Positions 29,456 to 37,407 of a stretch of 64,000 bases of DNA are shown here, in pieces (position 1 is the stretch's first letter; each line of letters begins with the position of its first letter). The stretch lies in contig JAFXIF010000044.1 in NCBI GenBank assembly GCA_017533325.1, forward strand, positions 4,345 to 68,344. The letters are read 5' to 3'. The notes below the pieces were generated by a model. That model saw nothing but the letters and a program-made list of their open reading frames with translations. It searched no databases and had not been told where the DNA came from. The position numbers and the translations under genes are program-made. The stretch comes from Alphaproteobacteria bacterium. GTDB lineage: Bacteria; Pseudomonadota; Alphaproteobacteria; CAAHEQ01; UBA3637.

Positions 29456-30250
29456 TTAGAAACCAAGGCGTAATCTTAAACCGATTTGATTGCCGTGAAT
29501 GTCTTTTTTGTGTTCTTCACCATCAATGATATAGGCACCGTATGCGCTAACTGCAACATTCTTTGTGACATGGTAAGCTGCTTCAATGCCGTATGTATAA
29601 AGACGGGTTTCATTCCATTCGTCATAATCAACGCTTAATTGATGATCAACAGAAACTTTCATTTTCGGGCAGTATGTGTATAAACCGGCTGTTCCTGTGT
29701 ATTTAATTTCATTGTCATCGCGATCGCTTTGCCAAACAGGAATTTCGGCTGTACCTGATAAATATGGTGTCCAATATCCCATTTTATAACCGATTTTGGC
29801 GCCGACTTTAGCATATTTATAAGCACCTAATTCAGCATAATCTTCTTTTTGACCATAAGCCAAAATAGATTGAACTTTTAAAGCGCCATCTGAAACAAGG
29901 TTGTATTTTGATGTGATTTCAAAATTAATATTTTTGTCATCGCTATCTGTTGTTGAATATAAATCAACGTAATCAGAATATGTGCCTTTCAACCATGAGT
30001 TAGAAACGGTAACGCCCAATGACCAAACATCCGACAAACCATATTCAAGTGTTTGTGTGGCTGTGTGAGCATAACCTTTTGCGCGAGTACCGGCATAATC
30101 ATTTTTTACTGTTACGGTTGAATAATCATAAGATGTTGTTGAAGCCCATCCTCCTTCTTGCGGAACATAGAATGGGTTTGTTAATTCAACAGCGCCTGCA
30201 GATGTTGCAAGGCTCATAACACCTAATAACAAAAATGCTTTTTTAAACAT
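29456..30250 (-). CDS. Outer-membrane beta-barrel protein (Omp25/porin-like)
   Basis: Signal peptide followed by alternating amphipathic beta strands rich in Y/G/T. C-terminal aromatic residue (…RLRLGF). Confidence 0.6.
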   Translation of the reverse strand: MFKKAFLLLGVMSLATSAGAVELTNPFYVPQEGGWASTTSYDYSTVTVKNDYAGTRAKGYAHTATQTLEYGLSDVWSLGVTVSNSWLKGTYSDYVDLYSTTDSDDKNINFEITSKYNLVSDGALKVQSILAYGQKEDYAELGAYKYAKVGAKIGYKMGYWTPYLSGTAEIPVWQSDRDDNEIKYTGTAGLYTYCPKMKVSVDHQLSVDYDEWNETRLYTYGIEAAYHVTKNVAVSAYGAYIIDGEEHKKDIHGNQIGLRLRLGF

Positions 30251-30655
30251 AATTAACTCCTTTTATAAAAGTTTGATTGTTACCAATCTTATTGCAGGAC
30301 CCTCCTGCTGATATCTACTTTAGACAATCATAACAAAATATGCAACAAAAATATCATATTTTACGAATCGCGATTCTTTTTTTTCGATTCGGAAGCGTTC
30401 GAATTGATGAAATTGTCTATCGCTTTTTAAAATCAAGACTTTTTGAAAAAAAGTCATTTTTTGGTCTCTTTTTTAGTCTAAATAAACACCTTTTGTGTGT
30501 AGAATAAAAAATATAAAAATTATTATATTTCAATAAGATATAAAAAATAGAAAAAAGCTATTGACAATCAAAGTTTAGTCTTTGTATGAATAATTATAAG
30601 ATAGGTCCAACGGACTAAAAAAGTTTAAAAACCCAAAAATAGAAAGGAAGAAAAA

Positions 30656-30841
30656 ATGACAGATGCAGAAATCTTGAAAGCAAATGAAAATGAACGTCAA
30701 TCTGTTGAATGTTGGACAAGAGTTATGGGTTATTTCCGTCCATACAGTCATTTTAATAAAGGTAAAAAATCAGAATTTGAAGAAAGACAATGGTTTATTG
30801 AAGAAAAAGCCTGTTGTTCATGCGAAATCAAAGCCGCTTAA
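30656..30841 (+). CDS. Small ORF resembling the glycyl-radical C-terminal segment of anaerobic ribonucleotide reductase NrdD
   Basis: 61 aa with TRVMGYFRPYSHFNKGKKSEFEERQW, which fits the NrdD pattern R-V-x-G-Y…FN-x-GK-x-x-E…R. It has its own AGGAAG RBS and a downstream terminator. Confidence 0.35.
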   Translation: MTDAEILKANENERQSVECWTRVMGYFRPYSHFNKGKKSEFEERQWFIEEKACCSCEIKAA

Positions 30842-30861
30842 AAATTCTCTCTTGATGAAAA

Positions 30862-30887
30862 ATGCCCTTTTAAAGGGCATTTTTTTG
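30862..30887 (+). terminator. Rho-independent terminator
   Basis: ATGCCCTTT(ta)AAAGGGCAT followed by a T7 run. Confidence 0.6.
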
Positions 30888-30938
30888 TTGTGAAAAGCAA
30901 AGGTTTTTTATATCTTAAAATATAAAGGAGTTTTTATT

Positions 30939-31703
30939 ATGTTTAAAATTATAACTTTTTTATTATTTGTATTGTTAACACCTTTTGCTTCATTTGCAAA
31001 TTACGCTGAAGTTGATTTAAGGGCAAAAAACGTTCCTGAGCGTTATGAAAAAAGATTAGAGGACTTGGTTAAATATCTTATTGAACCATATAAAAAGAAT
31101 GATGAGCTAAAAGCACGAGCAATTTTTGCTTGGATCGGATATCATATTGAGTATGATATGTTTAAGTATGATGTTATCAGTGAAAAAAAGAAAGGAGCCC
31201 GTTATACAAAAAGAAAAATGCGCACAGGTGATGCTTTTAAAACAAGAGTGGGTGTTTGTGGGGATATTGCTGATTTATATGAACGGATGGCAAAATCTGC
31301 CGGATTGGAAGTCGAATATATCTCCGGATATGCTGGCAATAATTTAACAATGGATGATTTAGATGATTCTGGTCATGCATGGAATGCTGTTAAAATTAAC
31401 AAAAAATGGTATTTTGTTGATGCAACTTGGGGCGTGAGCGGTGATTATACGGCTTTTGATAATGTTGATTCTTTGGCCAAACATAGAAAAGAAATTCGAA
31501 AACGGCGCCGTGGAGATGTTGATGTAAGCAAAAATAGAACATTGAACGATAATTGGTTTTTAGTTCCGCCGGAGCGTATGGTTAAAACTCATTTTCCAAG
31601 AAGAGAAAAAAATCAACATTTATCACGACCGGTTGATATGAAAAAAGTTTTAAGAGAAAATAAAAGACGTATGGAAAAAGAAAAACGAGGTAAAAAAAGA
31701 TGA
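30939..31703 (+). CDS. Secreted transglutaminase-like cysteine protease superfamily protein
   Basis: Signal peptide. Cys-His-Asp core spelled VGVCGDIADLY … SGHAWNAVK … FVDATW. Confidence 0.6.
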   Translation: MFKIITFLLFVLLTPFASFANYAEVDLRAKNVPERYEKRLEDLVKYLIEPYKKNDELKARAIFAWIGYHIEYDMFKYDVISEKKKGARYTKRKMRTGDAFKTRVGVCGDIADLYERMAKSAGLEVEYISGYAGNNLTMDDLDDSGHAWNAVKINKKWYFVDATWGVSGDYTAFDNVDSLAKHRKEIRKRRRGDVDVSKNRTLNDNWFLVPPERMVKTHFPRREKNQHLSRPVDMKKVLRENKRRMEKEKRGKKR

Positions 31704-32767
31704 TTTATTCTCAATCTGTTTTGTTAATCGACTTAAATGCCTTAAAAGAAAATTATTTGTTTTTAAAACAGACGGCACCTAATAGTATTTGTGCGGCCGT
31801 TGTTAAGAATAATGCCTATGGGTTGGGGATTGAACGTGTTGTGCCGGCGCTTAGAGAAGTCGGATGTAATGATTTTTTTGTTGCTTTAGCTGTGGAAGGA
31901 GAACGAGTTCGATCTGTTGCTCCTCAGGCGAATATTTATGTTTTACAAGGAATTGGAGACGATTCGGTAAAATTATTCCAAGATAACAAATTAATACCGG
32001 TTATTTCTACACCGGCGATGTTTAAATTTTGGATGAAAAATAAAATTGACGGAATAAAACCCGTTTTAAATATTGAAACAGGTTTAAATCGTTTGGGATT
32101 TAGAAAAAAAGACGTTATGGCACTAACAGAAGATGAAAAAAAAGAATTTTCCTATCTTTTATCCCATTTGGCCTGTGCTGACGAACCATATCATTTTATG
32201 AATCGGCATCAAATTAAAGAGTTTGATGAAATGAAAAAAATGCTACCGAATTTAAAGTCAACATTATCTGCATCCGATGGTGTTTTTTTAGGGGAAAATT
32301 TTCAAAAAGATATGGTGCGATTAGGCGCTGCAATGTATGGGTTAAATACGGCGCCGGACAGACAAAATAAGATGAAAGCTGTTGTTCATTTAAAAGCACC
32401 CGTTCTTCAAATTGCTAATGTTTCAGATGGAGAATATATCGGTTATGGAGCTTCTTATAAAACCAAAAAAGAAATGAAAATAGCAATCGTTTCTATTGGT
32501 TATGCGGATGGACTACCTCGCTCATTAATGGGTCGGGGAAGAGTGTTTTTTTTAGATCAGGAAATAAGGCTTATCGGTCGATTATCGATGGATAACTTGA
32601 TGTGTGATGTAACGGATGTAAAAGGACTAAAAGAAGGAATGTTTGTTGATGTTTTAAACAATCATTACACTGCTGATGATATGGGTGCTGATGCTGGAAC
32701 AATCGGTTATGAAATTTTAAATGGTGTTTGTAAATCAGGTAGAGTTCAAATAATTGAAAAAAAATAA
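31700..32767 (+). CDS. alr: Alanine racemase
   Basis: 355 aa with a PLP-lysine region AVVKNNAYGLG and Alr-like length. Confidence 0.8.
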   Translation: MIYSQSVLLIDLNALKENYLFLKQTAPNSICAAVVKNNAYGLGIERVVPALREVGCNDFFVALAVEGERVRSVAPQANIYVLQGIGDDSVKLFQDNKLIPVISTPAMFKFWMKNKIDGIKPVLNIETGLNRLGFRKKDVMALTEDEKKEFSYLLSHLACADEPYHFMNRHQIKEFDEMKKMLPNLKSTLSASDGVFLGENFQKDMVRLGAAMYGLNTAPDRQNKMKAVVHLKAPVLQIANVSDGEYIGYGASYKTKKEMKIAIVSIGYADGLPRSLMGRGRVFFLDQEIRLIGRLSMDNLMCDVTDVKGLKEGMFVDVLNNHYTADDMGADAGTIGYEILNGVCKSGRVQIIEKK

Positions 32768-32800
32768 AAGAAACGGCACTTAGAAAAAGTGCCGTTTAAA
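32768..32800. terminator. Bidirectional terminator between alr and the recombinase gene
   Basis: AACGGCACT(tagaaaa)AGTGCCGTT. Confidence 0.6.
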
Positions 32801-32804
32801 GTTT

Positions 32805-33413
32805 TTAATAGCCTGCGTTTTTTAAATAGTTATATATTGTTTTAGAACTAACGCCTAATCTTTGAGCAATTTTTGTTTTGGCAAGGCCTTGTTTGTAAAG
32901 CAAGATAATCTCTCTTTCTTTTCCGTCGAGAATATGTTTTTTATTTTTTGAACCGGGGGTGCGACCAAGTCGTTTCCCTGTTGATTTTAATCTTGCCAAA
33001 GCTTCTTTTGTTCTTTGACTGATTAAATTTCTTTCAATTTCAGCAGAAAGGGAAAAAGCGAATGCTAAAACTTTACTTTGGATGTCGGATCCTAAACGGT
33101 AATCATCTTTAACAGTCCAAACTTTAATATTGCGCTGCATACAATAATTTAAAATAGTCATAACTTGAAAAAGATTTCGACCTAATCTTGAAATTTCAGT
33201 GCAAATTAAAATATCACCTGCTTTTAATTTTTTGATATATTTACCAAGTTTTCGAAATTCAACATCTTTTGTTCCGCTGACTGTTTCGCTTATCCAACCG
33301 GAAATTAAAATATTTTCTTTTTTTGCGAATTCAATAAGTTCAAATTCTTGATTTTTGTGAGTTTGCTTATCTGTGCTAACACGAATATATGCATAATTCA
33401 TATCCATCTCCAT
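32805..33413 (-). CDS. Serine recombinase (resolvase/invertase family)
   Basis: N-terminal catalytic YIRVSTDKQ with Ser nucleophile, plus a C-terminal HTH (KTKIAQRLGVSSKTIYNYL). The start could be ATG 33401 instead. Confidence 0.85.
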   Translation of the reverse strand: MEMDMNYAYIRVSTDKQTHKNQEFELIEFAKKENILISGWISETVSGTKDVEFRKLGKYIKKLKAGDILICTEISRLGRNLFQVMTILNYCMQRNIKVWTVKDDYRLGSDIQSKVLAFAFSLSAEIERNLISQRTKEALARLKSTGKRLGRTPGSKNKKHILDGKEREIILLYKQGLAKTKIAQRLGVSSKTIYNYLKNAGY

Positions 33414-33427
33414 TCATAATATGCATA

Positions 33428-33494
33428 AAAAAACCTAAACATTGTAAGTTTAGAAACAAAAAGTATGTAAAACTTAAAAAAAGCTTTACATACT
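33428..33494 (-). terminator. Tandem hairpin terminators between the radical-SAM gene and the recombinase gene
   Basis: 10-bp perfect inverted repeat AGTATGTAAA/TTTACATACT and 6-bp CTAAAC/GTTTAG, each followed by a T-run on the minus strand. Confidence 0.5.
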
Positions 33495-33535
33495 ATATTA
33501 TACCCTAAAAATTCATTATCCGGTTAAAAAAGATT

Positions 33536-34492
33536 TTATGCTGAAGCAATTAAGGCATTTCCGCATGTAATACGATCGCTATCTTCCTCATGACTGGGGA
33601 CAAAAACAATCACATCCCATCCTTTTTTGACAAGCGGTTGTTCAAATTCGCGGTATACGTCATAATCATCATAGCTTGTTGTCACATCAAATCCATTTTG
33701 AATGGCTGAATTTGTTTCATGAATAGGCGTGATCTTAACGATAAACATTTTGGGATCAAAAAGTTCTGTTAATCGGTCAGCATCCAAAATAGTATCTTTT
33801 GTAACGGCAAAATTAAGTGTATATTTTCTGCCGACAGGCTGAGGTAATTCTTTGGCTAAAGCAGAAATTTCTTCTAAGCTTAAACTGTTGGAATTAAACT
33901 GAGCCTCACGTTGAGCGTTATCGGTTGAATTAATTGAAAATTGAAGTCCGGCTTCTCCGTTATAATCAATATTTTTGATATTGCACCAATCTAATATAAA
34001 TTGTTTTAATTTTTTATTTTTCTTTGGAAGCATAGTGGAAACAACCGGATGAATTGTTTTGGCTGTGATATATTTTTTTGTTATATCGCGTAAATGATTT
34101 TTTGCAAATTCCAAAACATTTTCATTGAATGTCGGTTCACCCATTCTGGCAAAATGAACATTAAATCTGTCTGTGTTTTTTATTGTTTCATTTTTTAAAA
34201 TGGTTTCAATCTCAAAAGAGAGTTCTTCAACAGATGCATTTCCGAAAAATCCGAATTTTGGACAGTCACAGAATTGACATTTCATCGGGCACCCTTTTTG
34301 AGTGCTGATTGTTGCGACCCATTTTTTTGTTAAATCAACTTCTTTATGTTTAACGCCGTTAATTTCGGTATGTAACCCTAAAAAATCGGCTTTAATATTG
34401 TTTTCTTTACCATAATCGCCAACTGTTAAAAATTCTAAACGATGTTCGGTGTCAACATAAATTTTTCCGGTATGAGTGTGAACAATTTGCAT
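33536..34492 (-). CDS. Radical SAM enzyme, family unassigned
   Basis: 318 aa with CPMKCQFC (CxxxCxxC) at residues ~68-75 and a downstream GEP SAM-binding motif. No SPASM or other auxiliary Cys cluster. Confidence 0.75.
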   Translation of the reverse strand: MQIVHTHTGKIYVDTEHRLEFLTVGDYGKENNIKADFLGLHTEINGVKHKEVDLTKKWVATISTQKGCPMKCQFCDCPKFGFFGNASVEELSFEIETILKNETIKNTDRFNVHFARMGEPTFNENVLEFAKNHLRDITKKYITAKTIHPVVSTMLPKKNKKLKQFILDWCNIKNIDYNGEAGLQFSINSTDNAQREAQFNSNSLSLEEISALAKELPQPVGRKYTLNFAVTKDTILDADRLTELFDPKMFIVKITPIHETNSAIQNGFDVTTSYDDYDVYREFEQPLVKKGWDVIVFVPSHEEDSDRITCGNALIASA

Positions 34493-34549
34493 AATTTTCC
34501 TCCATAAATTGTTTTTGTTTTAAAAGTACATCATAATACACATATTTTG

Positions 34550-35104
34550 TCATTCATTTAGTTGAAAAAGGCCAAAAAGTGTTTCATTTGTTTTATCATC
34601 TTCAATATTTTCATCAATTAAATAAAGGTGATAAAATTCGCCGGCATTTTTTCTGCAAATAACAGCATAATTTTCGGGATATTGACCTGTGGATAACTTT
34701 TTTGCTGCTAAAGCAGTATCTTCTGCTTCTAATTCTTTAATATCAGGAAATTTTTCTTTTCTGTATTTAACAGTTTGTTTTAATGCTTGAATATGAGAAG
34801 TAATAGAATCGATTTTAGAGTCTTTGTTTTTTATAAATAATGAATGATGAATTGGAAGCGTAAGTGTATCTATCATTTTTATTTTATTACTCAAAGCATT
34901 TAAAGTTTCTTGAACCGGTCCCGCAATTTTGTTTTCAAGAGCCAAAACGCCATAATCAATTTCCTTGTTTAAAAGCGCGGTTACAACCTTTCTTGATGAA
35001 ATTAAAGGAATGAAACAAGGTGTTTTTATTTTATGAATTTTTGAAAATTTAAATGCAGCTTCTTCAGAATTTGAAAATAAATCACCTTGAAATCCGATTT
35101 TCAT
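34550..35104 (-). CDS. Stand-alone prephenate-dehydratase (PDT) catalytic-domain protein without ACT domain
   Basis: 184 aa aligning to the PDT domain (KIGFQGDLFSNSEEAA, DYGVLALENKIAGPV, LPIHHSLF, SHIQAL). Confidence 0.7.
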   Translation of the reverse strand: MKIGFQGDLFSNSEEAAFKFSKIHKIKTPCFIPLISSRKVVTALLNKEIDYGVLALENKIAGPVQETLNALSNKIKMIDTLTLPIHHSLFIKNKDSKIDSITSHIQALKQTVKYRKEKFPDIKELEAEDTALAAKKLSTGQYPENYAVICRKNAGEFYHLYLIDENIEDDKTNETLFGLFQLNE

Positions 35105-35120
35105 TTTTTCTCCTTTAAAT

Positions 35121-35178
35121 TGTTATTAATAATTTGTTATTAACATAAAGATAAAAAGATGTCAAGATGTTTTTTATT
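35121..35178 (-). promoter_or_regulatory. Promoter/operator copy 2 (near-identical to 4095-4150) upstream of the PDT-like / radical-SAM operon
   Basis: TGTTATTAATAATTTGTTATTAACATAAAGATAAAAAGATGTCAAGATGTTTTTTA. The minus strand gives TTGACA, a 17-nt spacer and TAATAA, with a perfect palindrome TGTTATTAACA. Confidence 0.5.
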
Positions 35179-35282
35179 AAAACAAACGGAATGCATTAAA
35201 TAAAAGAAAAAATCTTGACATTTTTAAAGAAATACAGGCATATTGAGAAGAGAATTTGATATAACATCATCAGAAAAGGGTA

Positions 35283-36305
35283 TTGTTTATGTTTAGTATT
35301 TCCGAATTTATTAAAGTGAACAGAGTATATTTTATTTGGGCTGTTTTTTTAAGTACACTTTATTTATTTAGAAGTATGTTCGGTCTTGTTTTTATGACAT
35401 TTATCATGTGTTTTATTTTTGCAAGTATCGGTCATAAAATTCGAAGAAAATATCATTGGAACAGAAGAATGATAGTTATATCTCTCTATTTGTTTTTTTT
35501 GCTTTGCGAAATTTTGTTTATTGCGGTTGTGCCAAGTAAGCTTGTAAGTGAAACGCTTAATTTTACCGCGCAATTACCGGACACAATTTCTTTTTTAAAA
35601 AAATGGATTAATACGCAAGCCCAAGGAAATGAAATCATTGCCAGGATTGTTGATCAATTCTCTGTAAATATTTCTCCGGCTGATGCCTTGACATGGGCCT
35701 GGAGTTTATTAAATACGGGGATTCATTATATAGGATGGTTCTTTTTGGCCATGTTGTTTAGTTTTTTGATTCTTTTAGATTTACCGACTTTATCTTTAGG
35801 AATTAGACGCCTTCGTGATACCAAATTGGCGGAGACATATAAAGAGATTTCCGGAAGTGTTGTATTATTTGCTAAAGTTGTGGGTGAAAATTTTAGAGCC
35901 CAATTAATTATTTCTGCAATTAACACTTGTTTAACCGCCATAGGGCTTTATTTCCTTGGAATTAAAGCAATTGCGCTTTTATGCACAATTGTGTTTATTT
36001 GCGGATTAATTCCGGTTTTGGGTATGATTATTTCTTCTGTCCCCATTGTTTTAATGGCTGTTAATACCGGAGGAATGGCTTTAGGTTTATGGGCGCTGGG
36101 GATGATTATTCTTATCCATTTATTGGAAGCTTATGTTTTAAATCCGAGAATTGTTTCTTCCGTGATGCATATCAACCCTGTCATGACATTAATTATTCTT
36201 TATATTGCTCATAGCTTTTTGGGATTGTGGGGCATGTTATTAGGGGTTCCGATTGCGGTTTATTTTTATCGTAAAATCAATATTCATCAAACAAATCAGA
36301 TATAA
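35283..36305 (+). CDS. AI-2E/PerM-family (UPF0118) membrane transporter
   Basis: 340 aa with ~8 TM segments and the typical glycine-rich central region. Confidence 0.5.
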   Translation: MFMFSISEFIKVNRVYFIWAVFLSTLYLFRSMFGLVFMTFIMCFIFASIGHKIRRKYHWNRRMIVISLYLFFLLCEILFIAVVPSKLVSETLNFTAQLPDTISFLKKWINTQAQGNEIIARIVDQFSVNISPADALTWAWSLLNTGIHYIGWFFLAMLFSFLILLDLPTLSLGIRRLRDTKLAETYKEISGSVVLFAKVVGENFRAQLIISAINTCLTAIGLYFLGIKAIALLCTIVFICGLIPVLGMIISSVPIVLMAVNTGGMALGLWALGMIILIHLLEAYVLNPRIVSSVMHINPVMTLIILYIAHSFLGLWGMLLGVPIAVYFYRKINIHQTNQI

Positions 36306-36364
36306 CAAATATCTTAAAAATAAAAGCACTTAAAAAGTGCTTTTATTTTTCTTGATTTTAATTT

Positions 36365-36811
36365 TTAATGTTCTTGTGACATATTGATATATGCACTTTC
36401 ATCAAGGTAATACATGTCGCCGGTTATTGGGTCAATGATTAAATAACCAAGCAATCCGCCAACCACTAAATTACCGACATAATACCAACCGCTCACATGC
36501 CAATCAATAATTTTTTGTTCGGTTTTATATCCGTTTTTTGAAGCAATAACCGTATATTTTTCCGGATTAAAATATCCGTTTGCAGATGTTTTTAAATTAA
36601 TGGTTGTTGGAGTTTTGCCCTTGAAAACAACTTCGCCATTTTTATTAAGAACTTTGATATCAACTTGATCAATATTAGACCTAATGGAAACATTTTGAGA
36701 GTTTTCGCGCATAATGGTTGCACAAGCTGATAAAAATGTTAAAGTCAAACAAACTGTCAATGCAATAAAAATTTTTTTCATTTTTTTATCCTTTAATAAA
36801 GTTAACAACAA
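36365..36811 (-). CDS. Lipoprotein, function unknown
   Basis: Signal peptide with lipobox LTFLSAC. 148 aa. Confidence 0.5.
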   Translation of the reverse strand: MLLTLLKDKKMKKIFIALTVCLTLTFLSACATIMRENSQNVSIRSNIDQVDIKVLNKNGEVVFKGKTPTTINLKTSANGYFNPEKYTVIASKNGYKTEQKIIDWHVSGWYYVGNLVVGGLLGYLIIDPITGDMYYLDESAYINMSQEH

Positions 36812-37251
36812 AAAAAGCCGCCTTGAAAGGCGACTGGAAGTTGGTAACTATAGTAGAATAGTGCGACATATTGACTAGGAAAGCTTATTTTGCCGCCTTC
36901 CAGCCATTTTTAATGACCAGAAAGCGTGCAAAGTTTCGTCTTTACACAGAACGTCTCGTAAAAGGTTACCACACCTTTAGATACAGCCTGCCGTATCCTT
37001 TTCAAATATAATTCAGATACATAAAATATGTCAAATGATTTTTTTTATTTCATAAAATAGCAATAAAAATTTTGATGTAAGAATATGTTAAAATAGGAAC
37101 TTTTTTTAAGTTTACATTGCGCCTTGTCGATTCGCTCTTCATATTTGAAACAAAAAAGTTCTTTTTTTTTGTGATTTTAAGATGAACGAGGATGATTCAT
37201 ATCTGTTGATGCCGCTTAAAATAAAAAAAACACCTTTCGGCGTTTTTATTT

Positions 37252-37326
37252 TGGCGACCCTAACGGGATTCGAACCCGTGTACCAACCTTGAGAGGGTTG
37301 TATCCTAACCACTAGATGATAGGGTC
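37252..37326 (-). tRNA. tRNA-Glu (anticodon CUC as read)
   Basis: Minus strand reads GACCCTATCATCTAGTGGTTAGGATACAACCCTCTCAAGGTTGGTACACGGGTTCGAATCCCGTTAGGGTCGCCA. Anticodon loop CTCTCAA. An upstream terminator hairpin lies on the same strand. Confidence 0.8.
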
Positions 37327-37407
37327 GTGATGGTGCTTATTTATCATATTTTTTTTGAAAAATCAAATAAAAAAATAAGGCGGAGAATATCCGCCCCATT
37401 TTAAATT

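Noticed and set aside
33536-34492. Assignment of the radical-SAM protein as a prokaryotic viperin (pVip)
   Set aside because: The CxxKCxFC and GEP motifs resemble viperin, but those motifs are shared by many radical-SAM families. The C-terminal viperin-specific blocks are not evident and no nucleotide kinase is adjacent. Left as family unassigned.
36812-36960. SRP (4.5S) RNA candidate
   Set aside because: GGAAGG-like fragments are present on the minus strand, but the conserved domain IV motif (GGAA tetraloop flanked by AGG/AGCA bulges) could not be reconstructed.
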